The notes beneath the pieces are model-generated. The model searched no databases. It worked only from the letters and a program-made list of their open reading frames with translations, and was not told where the DNA came from. Shown here in pieces: positions 1-9,856 of a stretch of DNA of 64,000 nucleotides. The number at the start of each line of letters is the position of its first letter. The first letter of the stretch is position 1. Source of the stretch: Armatimonadota bacterium (GTDB taxonomy: Bacteria; Armatimonadota; SYMT01); contig JBKBRF010000004.1 in the NCBI GenBank assembly GCA_046292385.1, positions 224,001 to 288,000 on the forward strand, given 5' to 3'. The translations under genes were made by a program, and so were the position numbers.

Positions 1-197
1 TCCCGGCGGAATTCCTCGTCCGATTTGTCCGTGCGCGCCATGCCGACGATGGAGAACTGCTCCGGCAGCCGCCGCTCCATGTAGAGGTTCCAGAGGGCGG
101 GAAGCAGCTTGCGGCGGGTGAGGTCGCCCGAAGCACCGAAGATGACGACGGTACAGGGTCCCGGCCGTCGGTTGTCGACCTGGAGAGTGTCCTGCAT
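1..197 (-). CDS. zwf: Glucose-6-phosphate 1-dehydrogenase, N-terminal part (runs off the window edge)
   Basis: Manual translation from ATG at 197 gives [38 protein letters not shown]..., containing the G6PD NADP-binding motif [17 protein letters not shown]. Not in the ORF track because it is truncated. Confidence 0.93.
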   Translation of the reverse strand, partial: MQDTLQVDNRRPGPCTVVIFGASGDLTRRKLLPALWNLYMERRLPEQFSIVGMARTDKSDEEFRR

Positions 198-217
198 GGA
201 TGGGTCCTGGCTCAACA

Positions 218-1012
218 TCACTCGGCGGAGCCCTGTCCGATCGCAACGTGATGGAAGCCGCCGTCCACGTGGATGAGCTCGGCGGTGACGCGGCTGGAGA
301 GGTCGCTCAGAAGGTAGAGCGCGGTGTCGGCGACCGCGAAGCGGTCCTCCGTCGAGTTCCAGCCGATCGGCGCGCGCTCCGGCCAGCCCGCCTCCATCCG
401 GACGAAGCCGGGGATATGCGTGGCCGCCATGGTCCGCATCGGCCCGGCGCTCAGGCTGTTGACTCGGATTCCCTGGGGACCGAGATCGCGCGCCAGGTAG
501 CGCGCGGAGGCCTCCAGCGCCGCCTTGCAGACCCCCATCCAGTTGTAGTTGGGGTAGACGTGCTGTGAGTCGAAGGTGAGCGCGATGATCGACCCGCCCC
601 GGGTCATCTTGTGCCGCGCGGCGCCCGCCACGAAGACGAGGCTGGCGGCGCTCACCTCCAGCGCGTAGAGTGCGTCGGCGCGCGGCGCCTCGAACATCGT
701 CTCCTGCAGGCAGGTCTTCGGGTTGGCGTACCCGATGCTGTGCACCAGCCCGTCCAGCGGCGCCTCGATCTGATCGAAGAGCGCGGTGATCTCTTCATCC
801 TTCGCCACGTCGCACGGGATGACCCGGTAGTCGTCCACGCTCAGCCCCTCGGACTTGAACGCGCGCCGCAGCAGCGAGTCGCGGAAGCGCTCGCTCTGCA
901 CCGTGTAGATCACCTCGGCGCCCTGCTCGGCCGCCTTCTGCCCGATCGCCCAGGCGACGCTGCGGGTATCCAGCAGCCCCATCACCAGGATGCGCTTATC
1001 TTTAAGTAGCAT
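218..1012 (-). CDS. fabI: Enoyl-ACP reductase (FabI/InhA-type SDR)
   Basis: Motifs [14 protein letters not shown], catalytic [21 protein letters not shown] and IHVDGG. Confidence 0.92.
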   Translation of the reverse strand: MLLKDKRILVMGLLDTRSVAWAIGQKAAEQGAEVIYTVQSERFRDSLLRRAFKSEGLSVDDYRVIPCDVAKDEEITALFDQIEAPLDGLVHSIGYANPKTCLQETMFEAPRADALYALEVSAASLVFVAGAARHKMTRGGSIIALTFDSQHVYPNYNWMGVCKAALEASARYLARDLGPQGIRVNSLSAGPMRTMAATHIPGFVRMEAGWPERAPIGWNSTEDRFAVADTALYLLSDLSSRVTAELIHVDGGFHHVAIGQGSAE

Positions 1013-1152
1013 TGGTTGCTCCCGTCATCTTTCAATCTGCGAGAGGCGGCGCCCGGGATGCCAATTCCGAGCACGCCTCGATAGCTGCAGACTCGGCCGC
1101 TGGTAGTTCTACTTCCGGTCGCAGCACGGCCGAAATCGACTTCCCCACCCCA

Positions 1153-1311
1153 GTCATCCTGAACGGAGTGAAGGATCTACGTCACTCATCTTTTCGGGGA
1201 GACGATGAGCTCCCACGTTCGGGAGCGCCTCGCCAGGCCGCGTCCTCGTCACCCCAGTTCCTACTCCGGACCAGCACGGCTTCCGAGATTCTTCACTGCG
1301 TTCAGAATGAC
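1153..1311. repeat. MITE/REP-like element with 26-bp terminal inverted repeats, copy 1
   Basis: GTCATCCTGAACGGAGTGAAGGATCT (1153-1178) and AGATTCTTCACTGCGTTCAGAATGAC (1286-1311). A second copy lies at 23252-23407. Confidence 0.85.
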
Positions 1312-1466
1312 CAGATTCGCGGAAGGGTGCCTCGATCGGAGTACTGGACGGCCATCCATGCGGCGACCATCCCGTTTCATAGGGAGTGACCGACCTTCCG
1401 CCGTGCCTGTGGCTCAGGATGACTGGCGTTGGGGTTGGTGACGAGCCTTTTCCGGCGGTGCAGCCC

Positions 1467-2984
1467 CTAGAGACCTAATCGCTCCCGAAGCAGCTTCTGC
1501 ACCAGGTCCGGACGGGCGGAGCCGCGGGTCGCCTTCATCACCTGTCCCACCAGCGCGTTCAGCTTACCAAGCTCCCCGCGCTGGACGATCGCCTCCACCA
1601 GCTTCGCGTTCTCGCCGATCACCTGGTCGATCACCGGGATGAGCTGGTCCTCGGAGCCGACCACCTCGATTCCCTGCTCCTTCACGATCTCCGCCGGGGG
1701 CTTCCCGGTCTCCCACATCGTCTCGAAGAGGCTCTTGGCGATCTTGCCGGTGATGCGGCCGTCGTCCAGCATCTTCAGCATCTCGGCCAGCTCGGCGGGC
1801 TGCACCCGGACCGCGGCCCAGTCCCGGGCGGCGGCGTTGAAGAGGCGCATCCAGTCGCTCTGGAGCCAGTTCGCCACCTTCTTGGGATCGCTGCCGTAGG
1901 CCAGCACCGCCGCGTCGAAGTAGTCCGAGATCTCCCGCTCGTCGACCAGGATACCGGCGTCGTATTCGGAGAGGCCGTACTCCTCGGTATAGCGGCGGAG
2001 CCGCGCTTCCGGCAGCTCGGGGAGGGTCGCGCGGACCTGGTCGATCCAGTCGTCGCCGATCGCGAGCGGGATCAGGTCGGGCTCCGGGAAGTACCGGTAG
2101 TCGTGCGCGTGCTCCTTGGTCCGCATGGGGACCGTCTTCAGGTTCGGCTCGTCCCAGCGGCGGGTCTCCTGCCGCAGCGCGAGATCGCCCGTGTCGACCC
2201 GCATCTCCGGCGGCCCGGCGAGCAGGGGAGTGGCGCCGAGGTTTAGCCCCCGCTCCTGCTGCAGCGCCAGCGCCTGCCGGCCCGTTTCGTACTGGATGCC
2301 GAGGTGCACCACGCGGAAGCTGTTCAGGTTCTTCAGCTCCGACTTCGCGTTCAACTCGTCGGTGCCGCGCGGGCGGACCGAGATGTTCGGCTCGCAGCGG
2401 AGGGAGCCCTGCTCCATGCGGCCGTCGCTCGCGCCGATGTAGACCAGGATGCGCCGCAGTGCCATCAGGTACTCGCGCGCTTCGTCCGCGGAGTGGATGT
2501 CCGGCTCGGAGACGATCTCCATCAGCGGCACGCCGGAGCGGTTGTAGTCGACGAACGACGTGTCCCGCTCCGCGTGGAGCAGCTTGCCGGTGTCCTCTTC
2601 CAGGTGGACGCGGCGGATGCGGATCCGCTTCACCTCGCCGTTCACGTGGACGTCGAGGTAGCCGTTGATCCCGATCGGCAGATCGTACTGGCTGATCTGG
2701 TACGCCTTCGGCAGGTCCGGGTAGAAGTAGTTCTTCCGGTGGAACAGGTTGTGCCGGTTGATCTCGCAGTTGAGCGCCAGCGCGGTCCGGATCACGTGCG
2801 TCACCGCCGCCCGGTTCGGGACCGGCAGGCTGCCGGGGAGGCCGAGGCAGACGGGGCAGCAGAGGCTGTTCGGCGACGCGCCGAAGGCGGTCCCGCAGCC
2901 GCAGAACATCTTGCTCTCGGTGAGCAGCTCGGCATGGACCTCCATGCCGACGACGGCCTCGAAGCCGATCTCGGTCGTACTCAT
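1467..2984 (-). CDS. gatB: Asp/Glu-tRNA amidotransferase subunit B
   Basis: Motifs [32 protein letters not shown] and [11 protein letters not shown]-terminal YqeY-like domain. Confidence 0.98.
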   Translation of the reverse strand: MSTTEIGFEAVVGMEVHAELLTESKMFCGCGTAFGASPNSLCCPVCLGLPGSLPVPNRAAVTHVIRTALALNCEINRHNLFHRKNYFYPDLPKAYQISQYDLPIGINGYLDVHVNGEVKRIRIRRVHLEEDTGKLLHAERDTSFVDYNRSGVPLMEIVSEPDIHSADEAREYLMALRRILVYIGASDGRMEQGSLRCEPNISVRPRGTDELNAKSELKNLNSFRVVHLGIQYETGRQALALQQERGLNLGATPLLAGPPEMRVDTGDLALRQETRRWDEPNLKTVPMRTKEHAHDYRYFPEPDLIPLAIGDDWIDQVRATLPELPEARLRRYTEEYGLSEYDAGILVDEREISDYFDAAVLAYGSDPKKVANWLQSDWMRLFNAAARDWAAVRVQPAELAEMLKMLDDGRITGKIAKSLFETMWETGKPPAEIVKEQGIEVVGSEDQLIPVIDQVIGENAKLVEAIVQRGELGKLNALVGQVMKATRGSARPDLVQKLLRERLGL

Positions 2985-2996
2985 CTGTCGCTTCTC

Positions 2997-4463
2997 TCAG
3001 GCCTGAAGCGCCGGGGACCGGCGGTGCCACTCGGTCGCCTGCTCGTAGGCATGGGCGGCGCGCAGCATGGTCGCTTCCTGGAACGGCTGACCGATCACCT
3101 GCAGGCCGACTGGGAGCCCACCGCTGAAGCCGCACGGCACGCTCACCGCGCAGGTGCCGGCCATGTTGACCGGGATCGTGCAGATGTCGCTCAGCTTCAT
3201 CGCCAGCGGGTCGTCCAGCTTCTCGCCCAGGCGGAACGCCACCTCGGGCGACGTCGGGGTAACCAGCACGTCGAACCGCTCCCAGCAGCGGTCCAGGTCT
3301 TGCTTCACCAGAGTGCGGACCCGCTGCGCCTTCTCATAGTAGGCGTCGTAGTAGCCGGCGCTCAGGGCGTAGGTGCCGAGCATGATCCGGTGCTTCACTT
3401 CGGGGCCGAAGCCCTCTTCCCGGGTGTTCTCGTACATCTCGAGCACGTCCCGCGACTGCGATGACCGGATCCCGTAGCGGACCCCGTCGTACCGCGCGAG
3501 ATTGCTGCTCGCCTCCGCCGGGGCGATGATGTAATAGCAAGCGAGCGCGTACTCCGCGTGCGGCGTGGAGGTCTCTTCCACCACGGCGCCGAGCTGCCGG
3601 TAGACGTCGAGCGCCTGCTCCACGGCGGCGCGGACGTCGTCGTGAATCCCTTGCGCGAAGTACTCTCGCGGCACGCCGATCCGCAGGCCGCGGACGTCGC
3701 CGGTGAGCGCGGCGCTGAAGTCGGGCGTATCGAGCGGGGCGGAGGTGCTGTCGAGCGGGTCGTGCCGGGCGATTGCACTCAGCAGGAGCGCGGCGTCGGC
3801 CGTCGTGCGCGCGAACGGGCCGATCTGGTCCAGCGACGACGCGTAGGCGACGAGACCGTAGCGGCTCACGCGGCCGTAAGTCGGCTTCACCCCCACGATC
3901 CCGCAGAGCGAGGCGGGCTGGCGGACCGAGCCGCCGGTATCGCTGCCGAGCGAGACCGGGACCAGCCGTGCCGCGACCGCCGCCGCCGAGCCGCCGCTGG
4001 AGCCGCCGGGGACGCGGTCGAGATCCCACGGATTCCGGGTGAGGAAGAGACCGCTGTTCTCGGTCGACGAGCCCATCGCGAACTCGTCCTGGTTCGTTTT
4101 CCCGACCAGCAGGCCGCCCGCCTCGCGCACCAGCGCGGTCGCGGTGGCGTCGTAGGGCGGGCGCCAGTCGCCCAGGATCCGGGAGCCGCAGGTGGTGCGG
4201 ATGCCGCGCGTGCAGAGGTTGTCCTTCAGCGCTACGGGAACCCCCGCGAGCGGCGGAAGCGCCTCGCCGCGGGAGCGCGCCTCATCCAGCGCTGCCGCCT
4301 GCGCCAGCGCGGCCTCCGGGGTGACGGTCACGAACGCCCGCACCCGGGGATCGAGCTGCTCGATGCGCGCCAGGTGCGCGTCCGCTACTTCCCGGCACGA
4401 AACGTTCCCCCGCTGGACCGCGGCGCGGATCTCCGCGGCGGTGAGCTCCCACATCTCCGGCAT
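2997..4463 (-). CDS. gatA: Asp/Glu-tRNA amidotransferase subunit A
   Basis: Amidase signature GGSSGGSAAAVA and GSDTGGSVRQPA, plus SSNLARYDGVRYG; lies between gatC and gatB. Confidence 0.98.
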   Translation of the reverse strand: MPEMWELTAAEIRAAVQRGNVSCREVADAHLARIEQLDPRVRAFVTVTPEAALAQAAALDEARSRGEALPPLAGVPVALKDNLCTRGIRTTCGSRILGDWRPPYDATATALVREAGGLLVGKTNQDEFAMGSSTENSGLFLTRNPWDLDRVPGGSSGGSAAAVAARLVPVSLGSDTGGSVRQPASLCGIVGVKPTYGRVSRYGLVAYASSLDQIGPFARTTADAALLLSAIARHDPLDSTSAPLDTPDFSAALTGDVRGLRIGVPREYFAQGIHDDVRAAVEQALDVYRQLGAVVEETSTPHAEYALACYYIIAPAEASSNLARYDGVRYGIRSSQSRDVLEMYENTREEGFGPEVKHRIMLGTYALSAGYYDAYYEKAQRVRTLVKQDLDRCWERFDVLVTPTSPEVAFRLGEKLDDPLAMKLSDICTIPVNMAGTCAVSVPCGFSGGLPVGLQVIGQPFQEATMLRAAHAYEQATEWHRRSPALQA

Positions 4464-4493
4464 CGAATTACGCTGCTCCGTCCGTATCAGTAG

Positions 4494-4790
4494 CTACTCG
4501 GTCTCGACGACGCGCGGGACGACGAAGTACTCGTCGCGGGCTTCCGGCGCGTCGCGCAGGATCTCTTCGCGCGGCAGCGAGGGGCGGGAGAGGTCTTCGC
4601 GCACGACGTTCCGCAGCTCCATCGCGTGGGAGGTGGGGGGGACGTCGGTCGTGTCGAGTCGCTGCAGGATCTCGAACTGGTCCAGGATGACGTTGAGGCT
4701 CTCCTGCAGGCGACTCTTCTCGTCCTCGGTGAGGCGGAGCCGGGAGAGGAGGGCCACGTGCTCCACCTCGGGCAAACTAAGCCTTGGCAT
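4494..4790 (-). CDS. gatC: Asp/Glu-tRNA amidotransferase subunit C
   Basis: Motifs EVEHVALLSRL, VPPTSH, NVVRED and YFVVPRV; first gene of gatCAB. Confidence 0.96.
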   Translation of the reverse strand: MPRLSLPEVEHVALLSRLRLTEDEKSRLQESLNVILDQFEILQRLDTTDVPPTSHAMELRNVVREDLSRPSLPREEILRDAPEARDEYFVVPRVVETE

Positions 4791-4838
4791 CGGCGAATTC
4801 CAGGCGGGCGGGCAGCCGGAGCCCGCCGATCACGAGGT

Positions 4839-4847
4839 ATTCTATCA
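4839..4847 (-). promoter_or_regulatory. Putative extended -10 promoter for gatCAB
   Basis: Minus strand reads TGA-TAGAAT about 50 nt upstream of the gatC ATG. Confidence 0.45.
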
Positions 4848-4902
4848 CGGGGCCTGCTTGCGGCCGGTGCCGCGCCGGGGCCGCTCCGGAGGGGTGTGAA
4901 CG

Positions 4903-5118
4903 ATGAGTGAGACGGTGGAGTTTGCGTGCCCGCAGTGCGGCGCCGCGGCGCGCGTGGGCCAGGTGCAGGGCGACCGCTGCCCCGGGTGCGGCTTCGAGTT
5001 CAAGTGGTTCAGCGCCGCCGAGGCTCGCACGGCGCAGGACTACCACGCCGTGCTGACCCGCCGCACGCACCTGCTGGAGCTTCCGGAAGGAGAGGGGTTC
5101 ATCGTCGCGCACGAGTAG
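4903..5118 (+). CDS. Small zinc-ribbon-like protein (two CxxC)
   Basis: 71 aa with CPQC and CPGC; GGAGGGG ribosome-binding site upstream; GC3-rich codons. Confidence 0.7.
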   Translation: MSETVEFACPQCGAAARVGQVQGDRCPGCGFEFKWFSAAEARTAQDYHAVLTRRTHLLELPEGEGFIVAHE

Positions 5119-5273
5119 CCTGCCGGCCAATCATTTTCTCGGAAGGGACATTGGGGCCACGCGAACGAACCTTCGCCTGAGTGACTACCGCCCGGCCGCC
5201 GTGGGAGCGAGCTCCCGCCCGGATGCCGTTCCGCGGGGCGCTCGCGTCGTTCGTCTTCAGGAAGGAGCCCCCC

Positions 5274-6254
5274 GTGTCCGACTTCGACAGCCGACTTTCC
5301 GCCCTCGAGACCGCTCATCGGAGAACGGTGCGAACCCTTGTCATCTGGCGCTGCGCCGCACTCTCGGCCGCGGTCTTCACCCTGGGCGCGCCGGCCCTCC
5401 AGGCGTGGCAGGGCGATAGCCCGGAGGCCCCGGCCCGCAGCTCGCTCGCTCGACGGGTCCGGCTGCTGGAGGAGCAGTTGCAGGAGCAGCAGGAGCTGAT
5501 CTCCGGCTTGCAGACGGCGCTGGCAGGAGAGACGACGCACCGGGAGCTCGCGGATGCAGCCCTCCGCGGGGATCTGGAAGCGGAGGCGGCGGCTCGCGAG
5601 GGCGGCGATGCCGCGCTCCAGGCCGGTCTCACCCCCGTTCAGCAGAAGCTCGCGAGAGTGGTGGTCCGCAACGGAGGCGACGATCTCTACCTCATCGGGG
5701 CGAACCTGCACGTGGTGAACGGCCTCGAATCGACCGATTCGACGAACGGTCTCGGCAACCTGATCGTCGGATACAACGAGCTCCGCGGAAACGGCGCCGA
5801 CCACCGAAGCGGGTCCCACAACCTGGTGGTGGGACGCTTCAATAACTACCTGAAGTACGGCGGCCTGGTGGCTGGCGAGACGAACGAAGTAAGCGGCGCG
5901 TTCGCCTCGGTGGCCGGCGGGCACGGCGGCGTCGCCAGTGGCGATTGGGCCGCGGTGACCGGCGGGCATGGGAACACCGCCTCCGGCCTGGAATCGACGG
6001 TGACGGGCGGGTGGGCCAATCTCGCGTTCGGTGCCGCGGCCGCCGTAACCGGTGGGGATCACAACGTCGCCTCGGGGAACCTTGCGGTGGTCACCGGCGG
6101 CGCGCAGAACCAGGCGATGGTGGGCGGCGCGGTGGTCTCGGGCGGCCAGGGGAATGAGGCGAGAGGTGTGCTTTCCGTGGTGGGCGGCGGATGGCGGCGA
6201 GCCGCCCCGGGGGATCTCGACTGGGTTGCCGGAGGTCTCTTCCAGGACTTCTAA
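5274..6254 (+). CDS. Hypothetical exported/anchored protein with a coiled coil and Gly-rich 14-aa beta-roll-like repeats
   Basis: AAGGAG RBS before GTG 5274; hydrophobic segment near the N-terminus; heptad-rich region; repeated N-x-A-S-G-x-x-A-x-V-x-G-G units. Confidence 0.8.
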   Translation: MSDFDSRLSALETAHRRTVRTLVIWRCAALSAAVFTLGAPALQAWQGDSPEAPARSSLARRVRLLEEQLQEQQELISGLQTALAGETTHRELADAALRGDLEAEAAAREGGDAALQAGLTPVQQKLARVVVRNGGDDLYLIGANLHVVNGLESTDSTNGLGNLIVGYNELRGNGADHRSGSHNLVVGRFNNYLKYGGLVAGETNEVSGAFASVAGGHGGVASGDWAAVTGGHGNTASGLESTVTGGWANLAFGAAAAVTGGDHNVASGNLAVVTGGAQNQAMVGGAVVSGGQGNEARGVLSVVGGGWRRAAPGDLDWVAGGLFQDF

Positions 6255-6268
6255 CCGGTAAACTCAGG

Positions 6269-7156
6269 GTGACACTGCTCGTGCAGCTGCATGAAGGCAG
6301 CGGCGGGAGGCTGGGGTCGGAGCCCCACTCCGCCGCGTCGGAGAGATCTGCGTTGTCCAGGCTGTATCGGAGACTGACCCGGTTCTCACGTGATCCCGTG
6401 TTCCGGCGCGAGCTGCTCCGTCCGGGCCGGCGCCGGTGCGCGCTCGCCCTGGGGGTGCTCAACGGCGGGTTCTTGCTGCTGCTCGCGTGGTCTCTCTGGC
6501 GGGAGTCGTCCGCCGGCCCCGGCGTGGTGCTGCGGGCGGCGTTCGACTTTACCGGGTGGCTGGTGGCAGGCGGCGCGCTGCTCTCGCTCTGCGCGCACTG
6601 GCTGGTGCCGCCAGCCACCTTCTCCGTCTCCCGCGACGACTACAACCTGGACACGCTCGCCTTCCTGGTGCGGGAGCGGCGAGACCGGGAAGCCGTGCTG
6701 CGCCGGCAGCTTGCCGCCGCGCTGGTGCCGCTGGCGCTGGGCCTGGTCCCGCTCGCGCTGGGCGCCGCGCTGGTGGCGAGCCAGAGCCCGCAGCACGGAA
6801 TCCAGGTGCTGGCGGCCTGTGCGGGCGCGCCTCTGTGGCTGGGGCTCGGTGCGGCAGTGTCGCTCTGGGCTTCGCTCCGCGACCGCCGCGGCGCTACGGC
6901 GCTGGCGTACCTGCTCACCTCCCTGGTCCTGCCGGCCGCGATCGGCGGGGTGAGCATCGTGGTGGCTGCCGGCTGCAGCCGGGGACATCCGAAAGGGGAG
7001 GCGGTCTTCACCGCGGCACTCATCGCAACCGCGGGAATCCTGGTGCTCGGAACCGCCGCCGTGTTCTGGGACCTCGCGCACGCGCGGCTCTTCCCGGAGC
7101 GCCGGCGCAGCCTCTGGCTCGACCAGCCGCCGCCGGGCCTGCCGGAGAGCGAATGA
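6269..7156 (+). CDS. Hypothetical multi-pass membrane protein (ABC-2 permease-like layout)
   Basis: About 6 hydrophobic segments; follows the previous gene closely; start codon uncertain (GTG 6269 or 6281). Confidence 0.6.
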   Translation: MTLLVQLHEGSGGRLGSEPHSAASERSALSRLYRRLTRFSRDPVFRRELLRPGRRRCALALGVLNGGFLLLLAWSLWRESSAGPGVVLRAAFDFTGWLVAGGALLSLCAHWLVPPATFSVSRDDYNLDTLAFLVRERRDREAVLRRQLAAALVPLALGLVPLALGAALVASQSPQHGIQVLAACAGAPLWLGLGAAVSLWASLRDRRGATALAYLLTSLVLPAAIGGVSIVVAAGCSRGHPKGEAVFTAALIATAGILVLGTAAVFWDLAHARLFPERRRSLWLDQPPPGLPESE

Positions 7157-7161
7157 CTCGG

Positions 7162-7480
7162 CTGAGTGGGAGAGTGGGCGCAAGGGGGAGTGGGGGAGGG
7201 AAAGGGATGAACGATGAAGGATGAGGGATGAGCCCGAACCCGTCGTGAGCGGGGGTCTTGCTCCTGCTCGCTGGCGACCCGGTGCTTCCGGCACGACCGC
7301 GTGAGCTCATCCCAGGCCGGTCGGATCGCCCGCTCGTTCCCGCCCCGGAGAAGCATCCCTCCGCGGAAGGCGCGCACCGGCAAAGTGTTCGAGAAAGAGA
7401 CGGGGAACGAGAAGGAGTAGGAGAGTCCGTACCGGAGGTTCGGTTCTCCCACTCCCCCATTCTCCCATTCCCCCACTCAG
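7162..7480. repeat. Intergenic element with inverted arrays of short tandem repeats
   Basis: G-rich arm CTGAGTGGGAGAGTGGG... plus GGATGA(A/G)-like heptamers (7205-7232). C-rich arm TCTCCCAC TCCCCCAT TCTCCCAT TCCCCCAC TCAG (7445-7480). Confidence 0.6.
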
Positions 7481-7483
7481 TCT

Positions 7484-8041
7484 TTACGAGGCCGAGCTCG
7501 TGGTTGCCGAGATGCTCTGCCGCGCCTGGGCGTAGTAGCGGTCGCCACTGCCTCCGTTCCCGTGGCTCTTGCCGTTTCCGTTCGCACCGTTCACGTGCGC
7601 GCCGCTGCCGGCCGCCGGCCGCCGCGGCAGCAGCTTGACGAGGCGGACGCGAGTGCCGTCGCCGTCCGGCGTGAAGGCGACTTCGTCCATCAGCTCCCGC
7701 ATCAGGAAGAGGCCCCGTCCGGAGGGCTTGTACTCCTCGAACTGCGGCAGCGCGATCTCGCGCGGGCGGAACCCGCCGCCCTGGTCGAAGATCTCGAAGA
7801 CGATTTGGTTCTCGTCCAGCTCGCAGCGCAGCCGCACCCGGTTCTCCGGTCCCAGCGGGGAGCCGTGACAGATGGCATTGCTCGCCGCCTCGGAGATCGC
7901 GACCTTCAATCCTTCCAGGTCATCTCCCGAAAGGCGGGCACTATGGATGAATCGGCTGACTAACTCCCGGATATCGTGAACCACCCAGGTCTCCGCCGGA
8001 TACTCCAGCTCCAGCACGCGCTTTCGGGTGTTGGTGGACAT
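7484..8041 (-). CDS. RsbW/SpoIIAB-like anti-sigma factor or Ser/Thr kinase (HATPase_c)
   Basis: Motifs VAISEAASNAICHG, IFDQGGGF and GRGLFLMRELMDEV; AAAGGAG RBS. Confidence 0.88.
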   Translation of the reverse strand: MSTNTRKRVLELEYPAETWVVHDIRELVSRFIHSARLSGDDLEGLKVAISEAASNAICHGSPLGPENRVRLRCELDENQIVFEIFDQGGGFRPREIALPQFEEYKPSGRGLFLMRELMDEVAFTPDGDGTRVRLVKLLPRRPAAGSGAHVNGANGNGKSHGNGGSGDRYYAQARQSISATTSSAS

Positions 8042-8355
8042 CAGTCGCTCCTTTGCTTACTGCCTTAGGATTACCCCAGCAAGCGAGCGGCAAAACAGGG
8101 GAGCCGCGTGGTCCCCGCAGCGTCAGAGCTTTTGCCAAACGCGGGCAGACCGCGCAGTCGGTTGGGCGGATATTCCACGAAGAACGGCCGGAGCCGCCTC
8201 GGCGTCAGCCCCGGGCCACTGGCAATGTACCCCAAGTGACGCAAGTTCACACCCTCAGCTTGCGCGATTACTGCGCGAGGGCGTGCCAATGTGTGGGGGA
8301 AGCGAGCGGGCGTCGGTAGATCAGGCAGGCTGCCGGGCTCCGCTGCCGCCAGCGT

Positions 8356-9723
8356 CTATCCGTCGTTGTTACCCCCGAACGTAGCGAGGAGCCGGCGCAT
8401 CCGGAGCGTGCGGCGGGCGATCACCCGCTTTACGATGGCGCGCAGGCTGCGGGTGTGCTCTTCCGGCAGGTAGTGGAGCGGGATCATCGAGACGATCAAC
8501 AGCACCGCCATCACCAGGAAGAAGATGCGGAAGCGGTCGATCTCCAGGAGGCCCCACTGCACGTTCACTCCCCGCAGCACCTGGAGCAAGTAGCCGGAGG
8601 CGAGGGTCGCGGCGCCGCTGCCGAGTCCGGTGAGCGTGACGCTCAGGGCCACGTAGTGGGCACGGTGGAGCACCGGGATGAATCCCAACTCGAACTTCGA
8701 CATCGAGACGGTAAGCCCGCCGGTGAAGATGCCGATCAGCAGGGAGATGAGGGGCACGCCGAGCCACAGCCAGACGGCGGAGGTGTCGGTAAGGAGCCAG
8801 AGCGCCAGGCTCCCCGCGATTCCGGCGATGACGAGTCCGAGCACCGGACGCGCGCCGATGCGGTCGGTCCAGCGGCCCCAGGCTACCAGGGTGGCGATGG
8901 CGCCGAGGCTGCCGATCGTGTTGATCGCGATGACGCCCGAGGCGCTGATGTTCAGGCCGTCTCGGAGGAAGACGACGAGGAACGGCGGTACGGCACTGAG
9001 CGCCATGCGCAGGAGCACGGAGAAGAGCAGGAAGCGGCGAAAGATGGCGTCCCGCAGCGGCGCGGTGGCGCGGCTCAGATACTCGCGGTCGAGCGGCTCC
9101 GCCATGGAGCCGACGTCCGGCACGCGCGCCAGGTAGACCAGGCTCCAGGCGGCGGCCACCACCCCGAGGCCGATCACGTGCAGGAAGCGGGTCATGCCCT
9201 CCGTATCGATCAGGTAGAGCGCGGTGATGACGTTGATCAACACGATGCTCGCCTGGCGCAGCCACTCCTGGCGGCTCAGGTAGATCCCGCGGTCGTGGGG
9301 GCGCACGATCTCCTGCACCAGCGGCAGCCAGGAGCTCATCCCGAGGGCGCGGCAGATGTAGAAGCCGAGCATCACCACCAGCAGGAGCTGCGTGCCGGCG
9401 GCGGGGCCGCCCCGGGCCATGGCGACCGGGACCAGGAAGAGCCCGGCGGAGACGAAGGTGCGCGCGCCCCAGCCCGCCAGCATCACCCGGCGGGGGCCGA
9501 AGCGGTTGACGAGCGGCGCCACCACGAGCTGGATTACCGCCGCGAAGGGAAGGAGCGCGGAGAGCAGGCCGATGTCGCCCAGCGACGCCCCCGCCTGGCG
9601 CGCGAACAGGATCAGGATCTGTCCGGCCAGCACTTCGAACGACAGGGCGTTCAGGGCCGTGAAGCGCAGCAGGTTGAGCTTGGCGTGCTCGCGCTCCAGC
9701 TCGTCCAGGTCGTCGCCGTGCAT
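8356..9723 (-). CDS. MFS transporter
   Basis: About 12 TM segments; loop motifs VNRFGPRR and WTDRIGAR. Confidence 0.85.
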   Translation of the reverse strand: MHGDDLDELEREHAKLNLLRFTALNALSFEVLAGQILILFARQAGASLGDIGLLSALLPFAAVIQLVVAPLVNRFGPRRVMLAGWGARTFVSAGLFLVPVAMARGGPAAGTQLLLVVMLGFYICRALGMSSWLPLVQEIVRPHDRGIYLSRQEWLRQASIVLINVITALYLIDTEGMTRFLHVIGLGVVAAAWSLVYLARVPDVGSMAEPLDREYLSRATAPLRDAIFRRFLLFSVLLRMALSAVPPFLVVFLRDGLNISASGVIAINTIGSLGAIATLVAWGRWTDRIGARPVLGLVIAGIAGSLALWLLTDTSAVWLWLGVPLISLLIGIFTGGLTVSMSKFELGFIPVLHRAHYVALSVTLTGLGSGAATLASGYLLQVLRGVNVQWGLLEIDRFRIFFLVMAVLLIVSMIPLHYLPEEHTRSLRAIVKRVIARRTLRMRRLLATFGGNNDG

Positions 9724-9801
9724 CTACTCTCCCCCGGCGAAGAGTATCACCGGCAGGCGCTCCGGAACCCCGGCCCGCCGCGAACTGCGGCGCCGGGGCC
9801 G

Positions 9802-9810
9802 TGGTAAGAT
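9802..9810 (+). promoter_or_regulatory. Putative extended -10 promoter for the DUF169 / radical SAM genes
   Basis: TGG-TAAGAT about 47 nt upstream of ATG 9857. Confidence 0.4.
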
Positions 9811-9856
9811 GATCTGAGCCCGGCTCCCCGACCGGGTCGTCGACCGAGGAACCTTC

